A stretch of DNA of 64,000 nucleotides. It comes from Chrysomallon squamiferum. Lineage: Eukaryota; Animalia; Mollusca. The translations under genes were made by a program, and so were the position numbers. The notes beneath the pieces are model-generated. The model saw nothing but the letters and a program-made list of their open reading frames with translations, made no database searches and was not told the DNA's origin. Positions 30,787 through 43,650 of the stretch are shown piece by piece (the first letter of the stretch is position 1; every line of letters starts with the position of its first letter). The DNA is taken from contig CM022675.1 of NCBI GenBank assembly GCA_012295275.1, positions 4,526,001-4,590,000 on the forward strand, read 5' to 3'.

Positions 30787-32387
30787 TATTTCTTTTGGTT
30801 TTCTTGTGTTTACTTTTATATACGAACATTCTTATGCAAGACTATATAAAACCGAGTTTTGCTAAAACCAACAAGGAAGTAGATACTAATAAACAGAGGA
30901 AAAGAGGTCACGAATCTGGCTACTTAGAATGCATTGTTTGTATATTTGTGGTCGTATAATAATTATAAGTGATGCATTCGTGATATGGATTATTTCAACG
31001 TCTTTCTTGTACATACATAGATTATACATGAATACGTACATACATACATACATACATACATACATACACATGATACATACAACCTATACAAATACATAAA
31101 TTCTTGTGTTCACACATACATACGTACATACATACATACATACATATAAATGTACACGCATTATATAATGGATACAGATATAAATACACACATGTATCTA
31201 TCCATACAAGTACATGCATGCAAATAAATAGATACATACTTGAATATATACACATCTAGACACACCAGAAACAAACATACAAAATATAAATACATTCATT
31301 TTCACACACACATGTCCAGCTAATTTTCAGGATGACCACGTAAGATTACAAAGAGAACAGACAATATTAGATTATAAACCAGTGTCTACTTCAGTTCTTT
31401 GCAAAGCTGATAAATACGAGAAATTTTGAATATTTCTGGTTTTAAAGATATAGCAAGTGTTTTATTTCTATTAAAAAAGAAGAAGATAACTTTGACCTAT
31501 CACAGTTGTTTAAAAACAAATGTAGTAATACATTTGTAAATTTGGTTGCTTATAAAAATATTATTTTATCAACTAAAATTCAATGTTTCAAAATTTGTGC
31601 AATATAAATAATGGAAAGCAGTTGTTTTGTTACAGAATGATTTTGAAACATAAAAATCTGGGTGGGGTATTACCTGGGACAGAGATTACACAAGTAGTAT
31701 ATCTCAGTTTTATAACACTCAGTCATACAGAGAATGTTAATACTAATTAAAGAGACAGATATAATGAATTTAGATCATCTTCACAGTTGGCTACTTTGTA
31801 CGTTTAATGTAGTTAATGTATTTTTAAAATTCTTTGCCGTACAGGTAAATAAAAATAATCTTTGTCTGCAGATAAATTCTTTAAATTGATTCAGTTTAAA
31901 ATTCTGCTTGTCTGTTCTGTGATTTTCATTTGAAGATTGTTTATAACAAAATAAAGTCGCTTGTATTGTTTATGTTTATTGACGACAGTCACTCTACAAA
32001 CAACAGAAATATTTGTTTCACTTTGTTAAACAACAAACCAGGTAGTAATAAGATAAGAACCTGTTTTGTCACATTTTGTACTCACCACGTTTTATTACTA
32101 AATTTATGATAAGTAATATATTGCAAAATCTCACTAGAAACTTGTCATTAGAATTAAAACTGATGCTCTAAAATTAGTCTTAAAATAGCGCAGATCGAGA
32201 AATATCGGAGAATAAACACACACAGAGTTACTTAATATGGTTGTCACCAACGTCATAATAATATCTCCTGTGTGTTAATGTCACATTTTATCTTTCTTGT
32301 TCTTTCTTTGTACCTCCCACTGGTTTTAATATCAAAAATACATTGTTATTGTTATCATCATGATCATCATCTACATCGTCATTTTCA

Positions 32388-32454
<67 letters not shown>

Positions 32455-33058
32455 CTTTTTTTATTATTATTATTATCTTCTTTTTTTAAATTATTTTCTT
32501 CATTTACAATTAAATATATATTTCCTCAAAAGCAATTATGACCAAAAGGTGAAACACCAAGAACAACTGTCTCACAAAAACAGCAGATATAAAATTATTA
32601 CATTACATTAAACTTAGTTTCACAGTTCTGTTTCTCTCCTTTAGAGAGCTCCTCACTCTCCGAAACTGACTTCATTGAATGGAATCTGTTAGTACATCTT
32701 GAAATGGACCTGAATTTATTTTGTGTAAAAAGAACAAAAAAAATGTAAATCTCGGTTCTTGAAAATCAACGTTAAAAATGTTCAAATGTTGACTGAAATG
32801 TCAAACACTCGACCCCCCTCCCCGCACCAGTGGCACTTCTTTTGACAAGTACTTTTCACGTTTATCTTTTGGGAAGTGAATTAACTTTGAATTAATTAAT
32901 TTCTCTGTTGCAGTAGACAGGTAAAAAAAACAAAAAAAACTGCTTTCACAGTTGTCTTCTTATGGTGTTAATCTGTGACGTCACTTTTCAACAGCACATT
33001 TCTAGAATCTGTGTTCTAATGTTTAGCAATGCCTGAAGAACTGTTCTTGTATAAAATC

Positions 33059-33475
33059 CTCCAATTACAAATGTAAATCCAAATTTGTTTCTGAAACAAA
33101 ATGTTTTTTTCCGAACTCTGGAACTTAACATAGCCAGGATTCAGACTGAGACTCTACTAGTAAGAAATTTTAAATAAACATGACTATACATCTAGAAAGA
33201 CGTATGTGTGTGTATGTTTGTATGTGTATGTGCGTGTGTACATGTGTGTGTGTTGTGACGTCAGTTAAATAGTCCAAAAGCTATGAATGTTTTTATGTTT
33301 AATTTCTTTTGGTGATGTTTGCACACAGCTGTTGTTTTGAGGAAATCTGTAACTTCAAACGCTCGTTCTGAAACGAGGTAGAGTCTCAGTCTGAATCCTT
33401 GTTATGTTATGTTCCAGAGTTCGGAGAAAACATTTTGTTTCAGAAACAAGTTTGGATTTGCATTTGTAGTTGGAG
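33059..33475. repeat. Local inverted repeat, ~100-bp arms
   Basis: 33059-33157 is the imperfect reverse complement of 33378-33475. Confidence 0.85.
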
Positions 33476-34044
33476 ACTCTGTAACTTGAAAGACTCGTTT
33501 TGAAACGAGATTACGTCTCGAAAATTGTTAACAGACGACAGAATTTTTCATCAGGTTTTTCTACTACTTTTGGGTGAAAAAACCTTTTATACTGGACAGA
33601 GAAATGAAACTAACATATTTCATTTGTGTTTGGTCCAAACTGTTTTTATGAAGAAAACTCGTAGACAAAACCTCGAGAACGTAACAAGTAGTGCATGAAC
33701 GATGTTCGTGATACCAGTTGGATAAACCATACAAAATGGCGGCTGTTCCAAAGTAATTCAGTTGAAATTAAAACTTTTTCGTCACACTACAAAGTAACAC
33801 TGGTGCAATAAGCACAAAATTAAGAATTCAAATTTTCAATTTATCCAGTTTTTATTCAAATAGCACTTGAAACAAAGAATAAATCAATCATTCGAAAGTC
33901 AAAATATATCGATTTACCTGATGGTCCATTTGAATAGTAGCGAGGTTTACTGTATGACAATAAAGTTAGATTAATATTTAAAAGTTATTGTAAAACAGAC
34001 TTCGAGTACGAAACGGAAAACAACAACAATAAAAGCATAGACAA

Positions 34045-34114
<70 letters not shown>

Positions 34115-34429
34115 TAACAAAACAAAAAAGTAACTGTTAACGTGGATTTTAGAAAACACTTCCTTCAAGCGACAAATTTTGCATCAGCGCAGATTAATAC
34201 TAAAAATCTTAGTATAAGAAGAGATCTCTCATAACTCAGGAACAAGGTGAAAAATAAATCGCACTGACATCGTAGTTCCATTCTGACGTAGCAAAATCAA
34301 GCAATGTGGTAGTTTGACCGTCAGGTTGGTTAAGGTGGCTGGCTATAAGGTTCTGATGTTGTTGCTGATGTTGCAGGGTTTCTGTCCATGGTGTTGTAGT
34401 CTTCATAATAATCAAGGTGGATGTAGGCG

Positions 34430-36627
34430 TCAGGTAGCTGTCCTCTTTTTGCTTGTGCTGTCGTAGGCGCTGTCATTGTCGAAACCAAGCTGGCTGTAGA
34501 CATACGACGTGGTTGTTACCGTTTCCTTATCGTAGGGTTCATAGTCACCGTTGTCGTCCCCAGCAAGGTTGTTGTAGATGTTAGATGTTCGAGTTGTCGT
34601 ATTTGTTGTGTCTATGTTGTTGGAGTCTCCGTCAAGGCTGCCTGAGAGATGATTCTCCACTTCAGACGTTGTAGTAGTAGCTGTCTTGATATCCGCTGTG
34701 TCGTAGTCTCCAGTAGATGTGTTAACGGGAAGTGCTTTAACGTCTGCGATGTCGTAGTAGTTATCGTTTCTGTTTTCCACGTTGACAGTAACTCCGTTTG
34801 GGACGTTGTAGTAAACACTGTGGTTTCCTTGATTTTCTGATTCAAATTCATAATCTGCCGACGTCGATGTCGTTGTTACCTCATAACTCGGATTTGCGTG
34901 ACCACGTTGTAAATCTTCAGCAGAGCTGATTTCATTGTTTCTTTTATTAAAATTAATTCTTGTCTCTGGTAACTTCTTAGTTTTAAAACAAAATCGACGT
35001 GTTCTGAAAAATGAAGATATTATTTAAATTTAAACTAATACTAAGTTAGTTTTATTATACGAGTTTCTGTCGTGACGACTCTGATAATTCAAAGGAAAAA
35101 CTATTTTACATTTCAAATTAAACTAAAGATTAAGTGAGAAAAATAACAGTGAAATATATAGATTATTTTATTACTTTCGTTCATATCCTATTATATCTTT
35201 TACTTTTATACCTTTCTTTCATTCATTCATATCCTTCTCATTCTTTCATCCCTTTTTCTTTCTCTTTCTTTTGTCTTAGCATTTCTAACAAACATGATAA
35301 ACAACACAACATTTTTCTTTCTTTTTCATTCATTAATTCTTTTTTCCTTCTCAATGTTTTCTTTCATATTTGAGCCTATTCTTTTTTCTGTTTTTTTCTT
35401 CTTCGAGAATTTCATAATTTTATTTAATGATTGATTACAACAAATTCTCACCGTCTAGACCAAACTACAACGGCAGCAATGACCAACACCACTAAAATAA
35501 CAGCAGTGACGCCACCACCAACATATGCTGAAAATAATTATACAATAACAGTACAAATGTTTTTATGTATGCATATATGTATATTTTTATTTATTTATGT
35601 ATTTATTTATGTATTTATTTATGTATTTATTTATTTATTTACTTATTTATTTCTTTATTTCTTTATATTTTTCACTTAATTTTGAAATAATATTAATTTT
35701 GACACAAATATAACGCTTTATAATGACCCCTTTTCCTAATAAAATTATATCAAACAAATTACAAAAAATATTTATAAACAATAATATATTAAGTTAAAAA
35801 ATTTAAAAAACTAAAAATTAAAAAAAGAATATTAAAAAGAATACTATTAATGAAAATATATTTAATTAATTTGAATAAGGTTAGCAGAATAATCCTAGTA
35901 AATTGACAAATAGCTAGTATAATAAACTTAGTAAATTAAAAACGAATAAAATAATTGTTGCAAATTAAATAAACCATTAAGCACAGACAAACTGGGTAGA
36001 AAAATATAAATAAATAATCTTAATTAATTTAAACAAATCTAGTAAATGAAATTTAGTCACAAACTTAATAAAATAAATTTAGGGGAAAAAAGTAGTAATT
36101 ATAGCTAGTAAATTAAAAGTAGGAAATAACTTGGTAAAAGTTGTACATAAATTTAGTAATAAAAACTACTAACTTAAATCCAATAAACTAAAACAGTTAA
36201 ATATTGTTTAAAATAAATAAATAAATAAATAAATAAATAAAAACTAATAAAATATATCTAGTAAATTAAATGTAGTCAAATAAAATTAGTTGAAACTCTT
36301 AAAACAAAATAGTAAAATTAAAACTAACCTGACTTTTTTGATGGATGTTGTGTCTCAGTGGATTGTTTCCTTGGAATTACCTCCCCTGATGTTGTTGGTT
36401 CAGAAGCAGAAGAAAAAGTCGGATTGGAGAAAAGTTTGTAAGTTGACAATTTTGACGTAGCTGCTGCTGTTGTTTTGGGGGACAGTTTTGCAGGCGTTGT
36501 CACTGATGTGGACGTTGCTACTGGTTTAGTAACATTATCTGTAAATGTATAAAAAAGATTGTCTCTAGAAGACATTTTTTTTTGTATCAAAGACTTTGTA
36601 TGTCATCTTTTAACTTTATTATTATTT

Positions 36628-36662
<35 letters not shown>

Positions 36663-39600
36663 GTTACTATTTCACATATATACATACATACACACACATA
36701 CCTGTATACGTACATATAGTTAGCTATATATACATAAATATGTACATAGAAACATACATTCATACCTAGATATATATATATATATATTTGTCTGTGATTA
36801 TATTTAATTAATAAACAAATCGACTTTTTAACAATTTGTTTTACTGTGTTGTTTTATACTTACATTTCTGACAAATAGCTGGATTTGTTTGGTCTGATTT
36901 GTAATTGTAATATAATTTGTTATTTTCAGTAAACCATACCATCCTTTTAAGATCAACTCCTGAAACTGGTTTCTGAAACGATACCACACTACCTGCAAGA
37001 TTTAAAACAAGTATTTTAGAATTTTGTTTTACACAGAGGAAGAACTAACAACAAATACTGAATATCTATTCTATGTCGCTTTCAGCACCAAAAAGACCAG
37101 TTAAATAAAATGAACAACAACAATAACAAAAATATTATCGAAGTCTGTGCGCACATTCACACAAACACACACACACACGCACACACACACACAGAGACAC
37201 TCACACAATATAACTAACACACAAAGACCCAAACACATACTTCCACACAAACACAACACAAGATGTATACAGATTTCTGACTGCAATTTACCATCAATCC
37301 ACAGCAGTTTGACATCTCTGTGGAGTCCAATCCAGTAGTAAAGATTTGTTTGTAGCAGATTCTGCAGTGATGACACTGTACTGCTGCTTATTTTTAAACA
37401 TGTCAAACTGTCTGCTTGCATAGTTCCATGACATCCTCCGTTGTGAAATACAAGTTTCAGAATCACAGTAGTATTCTAAAAAGAGATAATCAATATGATG
37501 TTATAATGAACGAATATTTCATTTTATTTCATTTTTGATATTACATCGTTCTTCATTGATAATAATAACAACAACAACAACAACAACAACAACAATAATA
37601 ATAATAATAATAATAATTATAATTATAATAATAAATATAATAAATATAATAATAATAATAGCAATCATCATCATCATCTTATTATTTATTTATTAGATAT
37701 TTGAACTTTGTTAAAACTATTACCTGTATAAAGTGTATATGCTCTGTAGCTGTCACAGTTTTGAAAACCAATTGTAAAATTGTCAGAATTGAACTTGACG
37801 TAGCCGCAGCGCTTGATTCCGTCAGCGCTGTCGTCGATTGTAACTGAAGACGGAAGATATGTAATGAAGTGATTTATATATTATTGTAATTTTCACTGCA
37901 TCTGTGCATTCATTCGTTCATTCATTCATTCGTTTGTTCATACAATCACACATTTGTTTCTTTTACTGATGTTAGTAAAATAATATAAAAAGATAAATAT
38001 TTTAAAAATTGTTAACGTTATTAGTGTCACCTGTTCTATAAACAGAAATTGTGTTTCGTCCTCCGCAGAATTCTTCATATGTCCCTGCACATCGAACTCG
38101 TTTTGTAGTTGACTTCACAGGACTTGCTGTGTCAGAGATTTTACAGTAACACTGCTTTCCCTACAAAACACAAAATTAATAACAATAATAATAAAAAGAA
38201 GAAGAAGGATAATGGTAGTAGTAATGGTAGAAGTGGCAATAGTAGTAGAAGAAGATGATGATGAAGTGGTTGCCGCAGTGACAGTTTAATAGTAGAAGTA
38301 TACCTGTCTGTGTGTCCCTTTTGTATGTGTGTGTTTCAGGTAATCTAAAACAAGTTTATATTTAACACTTTTTGTTTTTAATTCAGTCTTTATGAAGAGA
38401 AGAATTTATTAACCTGTAAACCAATTTTTCCATTGCTTGGTTTGCATTGCTGGAGGCATTTAAAAGCATCATTGTCTTGTATTGAATATTTACTACTCAA
38501 ACTCCCAACATCGATATCTCCAACGTACTGGAATAATTTGTCTTTGGTCTCTGAAAACAGCAATAACAACAATCGATAATAAAATAATACAAAAAAATTA
38601 TAATAAAAAAATTGAATAAAAAAAATAAATAAATCAATCAATCAAATATTATTTAGTTACTACCCATGTTTGTACGGTTTGTGTCTGCAGTGTACAGACT
38701 GGCGAAGTAATTAAATACTCTTCCATGTTCTGACCTTCAGGCAGCATCAGCGCCGCAATAATGACGTTGTTAACTTAAGACAGTAGAATTAGTGATGTAT
38801 TTGAGAGGTGTCGTCGAGAAGACGTACAGCGATGGATGAATATTTGAAAAATGAAGACTCCGAACTGGATCCTGAACAAAATTCTAAGAAAGTTAAAAAG
38901 TAAAGTGGGTGGTGGTCAAGAGAAAGCAAACTCGCTGAGCTTCAAGAAAAAAAGTGAAAGTTATCTTTCGTTTCGATTTACTTTTATTGGGATTCTGGTG
39001 CACTGACTCTATTATGCTTGGGGAAAAATCTTAACACGTGACATGGTCAAAACAAGCTTAAACACCATCTCCAAACAAAACATTCGTCATCTTCAAAGCA
39101 ACAACACAGACTATTTTTCTTTGTATGCGATAAAATACGTAGGAACAGGAAGTTTTTATGAGAAAAACTACAACGGTGTCTGTGAGAGCTCTCAAAGCTA
39201 TTTACTTAGTAGATGAACTTGTTTGCCAAATTTGAAAAAGTCGCAAACTACCTGGCAGAGACAATAAAATTGCAACTTGATGAGTCTTCTGATATCAGTG
39301 GACATGTTCAACTCCTGGCCAAAGTGTGTTTCCTGTTTTGATATCAAGGCAACGCCACGAGAAACAACAGGAGAGGAAATGTTTCTTTGTCACATCAGAA
39401 TATCTTGAACAAGGAGGATTCAGCTGGAAAATTGAGCGAGAATCTGCACTGGAGGAAAAGCTACCACTAAAACATTATTTATTTTCTAAATTGAGATTAA
39501 AAATAAATTATACTCACCAGTCCACATCCACGGTGTAAACGTCTCAAAAGCTCCTACCCAATAGTTTGTGTCTTTTTCCATTACAGAAAAAAGTTTGTTT

Positions 39601-40481
39601 TTGTCTAAATCAGAATGATCAACAACGAGTCTGCCTCCTGCCTCCTCACAGCCAGAATACGCTGCCTCCCACCAAGTTTGTTTTTTATCCAGTGTAAAAT
39701 ATTCTTCTAACATTTCTTCTTGTTTTCTGTCAGACCACGGACCTGTGTTAATTTATTAATAATTATCTTAATTATTTATTTTAAAATATGTTGCAGAAAT
39801 TTATAAATATTAACTGTTTTAAGCTATACTCTGCTTGAGTCAAGATATGTCATATTGAAACATGTAATACTGCTGTGTTATTATTTTAGTTATGCTATGT
39901 TAGATAACAACTTATAATTAAGTTATGTTAGGCTATTTTAAGTAATTTTCCGTTTATAGTAAGGAGTGTATTTTTAAAAGATATTGTGTTAAAACCTGCT
40001 CTTTTATGGTATTATGTAATATTTTTACCTATTAAGACATGTTATCTGAAGTGGAAACTGTTTAAATTGTATTACCTTTTATTGTTAGGCTACGCAGTTA
40101 TTTTGATTTTCATCACTATCATTATTTTTGTTTGTGTTTTGCTGTTGTTCTTGTTATTATTAACTATGATACAAGCATTTCATGTTAAAACTCCATTAAA
40201 CATTCAGTAGACGCTATTTTGAAAATGGTCTGCTTCTGTACTTTGAAATATAATCAGCATATACAAGAAATAACAATTCTAAAATCCCTTTTAATCAACG
40301 AATAAAACTTAAATAAACTTTAAAATTTTAAGTTATGTCCCCCTCCCTTATACATATTTGAAAAGACTTGAAGTGTAACATACAGTTAATTTAAATAAAT
40401 AAATAAAAACTTACTTAGTCTTTCTGCACCTGTAACCTGATTGTAGATCGTTAATATAATCACTGCTGTTACTAAATTCAT
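34430..40481 (-). pseudogene. Receptor copy 5, complete exon set but frameshift in exon 6; short tail
   Basis: Exons 40415-40481; 39518-39742; 38414-38550; 38031-38160; 37724-37858 (acceptor CAG>CAT, in-phase alternative start 37843); 37292-37475 (184 nt, +1 frameshift near 37400); 36864-36992; stalk 36329-36538; TM 35452-35527; tail 34430-35003. It could be functional if the indel is an assembly error or exon 6 is skipped. Confidence 0.65.
38660..39480 (+). mobile_element. Degenerate hAT-superfamily (Buster/Charlie/ZBED-like) transposase remnant in intron 2 of copy 5
   Basis: Absent from paralogous introns. Fragments translate to KHHLQTKH (~39060), RALKAIYLVDEL (~39186) and LQLDESSDISGHVQLLA (~39271-39320), which match Buster-type hAT transposase motifs. 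Many frameshifts; TIRs not identified. Confidence 0.7.
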
Positions 40482-41142
40482 TATTTCTTTTTGTGTTCTT
40501 CTCTTTATTTTTATATCCGAAATTTCTTACGCAAAGCGATATAAAACCGAGTTTTGCTAAAACCATCAAGTTAGTAGATATTAATACACAGAGTAATCAA
40601 ACAAAACCCACGAGTCTGTTAGATATAGAATCCATCAACTGGAACCTTAGATATTAATACACAGATTAATCAGACAAAACCCACGAGTCTGTTAGACATA
40701 GAATCCATCAACTAGAACCATAGCCCAAACAGCTAGTCGCTTCACAATAACGCTTGATCAATGACTGGCTACTTAGATTACAGAATACATTGTTTCTAAC
40801 TTTGTGTCGTGTGATTAGAAATGATACGTCAGCTTTACTAATGTAGCTACTAGTACAATACAATGAATTACATACATACATACACACGTACATTCACAAA
40901 TACATGCATGCATGCATATACAGTTACATACATATATGTATATATACATACATCTAGACACATACTCATACAAACACACAAAATATAAATACAGTTTATT
41001 TCCACCAATTCACAACATATTTTCATATCCAGCTGTTCCCAGCTAATTTTCACATACATACCTATTCCCAGCTTATTTTCATGTAGACGTGTTCACGGCT
41101 TGTTTTCATGTATACGTATTACCAGCTAATGTTCAGGATGAC

Positions 41143-41179
<37 letters not shown>

Positions 41180-41181
41180 AA

Positions 41182-41262
<81 letters not shown>

Positions 41263-41658
41263 ATTTACAATTAAATATATATGAACTGTGAGAAATATGT
41301 GACTGATAATACTGGTTTGAGATGATAGTCACTCTGTTAGTTAAAGTTTGCTGTTTGTTGTTGTAATCAGTTAACTAGAACTTCACACTGTTTATACAGA
41401 TGGACCCAGTCTGTGAAGCCTCAAAAGCAATCATGCAAAGATGGCGAGATATCAAGAACAGTTGTCTCACAAAAACAGTTAAAATAAAATTAATATATTA
41501 CACTACACTAAGTTTCACAGTTAAAGTAAAATTAATACATTACATTACACAAAGTTTCACAGTTGTAGTTCCCTCATCTAGAGAGCTCGTCACTGCAAAT
41601 GCTGAAATGTAATATAACCCACATAAACACGAATATACCTCTAGAAAGACAGCGCGCA

Positions 41659-41797
<139 letters not shown>

Positions 41798-42513
41798 CGA
41801 TGTAATGTTTTAATTTCAAACTTCAAAGGCCCGTTTTGAAGCGACATTTTCTCGGGAAAATAGTTGACAGACTTTACAGAAATTTTTAATAAAGCTTTTC
41901 TACAACTTTCGGGTGACAAAACCTTTTATACTGGAAAAACAGATGAAAATAAGATTTTTGTTTGGTAGAGGTTGTTTATATTAAGAAAACTCGTAGACAA
42001 AACCTCGAGAACGTAACAAGTAGTGTGTGAACGATGTTAGTGGTACACGTTCGGAAAACCAAACAAAATGGCCGCTGTTCCAAAGTACTTTCAGTTAAAA
42101 TAAAAACTTTTTCATCACAATACAAAATAAAATTGGCGCAATAAACACAAAATTTAGAATTCAAATTTTCCCATTTGTCCAGTTTTTATTCAAATAGCAC
42201 TTGAAACAGGGAATAAATCAATCGTTCGAAAGTGAAAATATTGCGAAATACCAGATACTCCATTTGAATAGTAGCGAGGTTTACTATATTTCAATAAAGT
42301 TAGGTTAATAGTAAAAATGTTAGTATAAAACAGACTTCGAGTACGAAACAGAAAATGAAAAACGTATATGAAAAATTATTAAAATAAAATATTAAAATAT
42401 CATTAGATGATTATATAGAATAGGTATATAATATGAAGTAATGTACTATAAAGATATATATTTTCTTTTTTACCTTGATGTTTTTCATTTATTATTTCAC
42501 TATATATAGATAT

Positions 42514-43237
42514 CAAGTAGTACCTTGACTTACAAGTTTAATTCGTTCTGTGACCGAGCTCGTATCTCAATTTGTTCGTATATCAAATCAATTTTGCCAA
42601 CTGAAATTAATTGAAATACTAATAATCCGTTCCAGCCAACAAAAAATCACACAAAATTATTGTAACGTGTTTTTAAATAAGAAAAATGTTTTTATAAATG
42701 AAAAATATTGTATAAACACAAAATAAAAGAGAATGTAAAGAAATAGCTTGGTTTTGTAAATTGTATTTATCTTGGAGATCAGACAAATTATTTTAACGCC
42801 TTTGACTGGAGTTACAGCCTTTATCGACTCCTTCAGCTTCAGTATTGTACATATTGTAGAAGTACTACGCTGGTACTGCCTATGCAAGTCGACTATATGC
42901 ACACCTTGATCATATTTTTCTATGAATTCAAGCTTTAATTCAATGGACATCGTCCACTTCTTCTTCTCAGCGCTGTCCTTTGCAATCACTTTCTTAGGAT
43001 CCATAGTCAGAAAACAGAAAATTGTGAAAATTACACTTAAACACGACAATAACAGAACAGACGTGCTTCCGCGGCGAGGTAAGACGTGAAGTAAACGAGT
43101 GAGACGCAGGATGCTGGGCGGATGATGTGTTGTGCGTTGCGCCAACTAACGGCAGCGTATCTGAAACTCGCTCGTAACTCGGATTCTGGCTCGCCGCTGA
43201 AAGCAAAAAATCGGCCTCGTAAATCGAGGTACCACTG
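42514..43237 (-). mobile_element. Internally deleted Tigger/pogo DNA transposon
   Basis: TIRs caagtagtaccttgacttacaag (left, degenerate) and ctcgtaaatcgaggtaccactg followed by TA (right). Minus-strand ORF from 43004, MDPKKVIAKDSAEKKKWTMSIELKLEFIEKYDQGVHIVDLHRQYQRSTSTICTILK, resembles the CENP-B-type N-terminal HTH of Tigger transposases. No DDE domain. Confidence 0.85.
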
Positions 43238-43650
43238 TATATATACAAACATACATAGACACATAGAGACATATATACACGTGCAAAAATATGCAGATTG
43301 TCCTTAGGTATTTTATATAATATTTGTGATAAATTTGTAAGTAAGGCTTTTGATTGTTTCATCTATTGGAAAACTATAACACATCACAAACTGGAATTTA
43401 GGATTTCTGAATTTTGAATAAACTTTCCGTAACCTTTTATAATAATAAGAAAACAAAATAATAAACAAACAAAGCATAAATAAATAATAAAAATAACAAA
43501 TGATAATAACAGAAATTAAAAAAATAAGATAATAAAATAACCAAAAAATGGTACGAAGCACTGTTAAATATAATAATAATAATAATAATAATAAAATGTG
43601 GTATGAGACACTTAAAATGGAACAAGTTTTTCATCAAAATATCGATCGAG

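Noticed and set aside
40574-40720. ~73-bp tandem duplication upstream of copy 5 exon 1
   Set aside because: Real but a simple local duplication with no evidence of function.
42657-43145. 162-aa ORF as a host gene or active transposase
   Set aside because: Only the N-terminal HTH of a Tigger transposase inside a 0.7 kb TIR-bounded deletion derivative.
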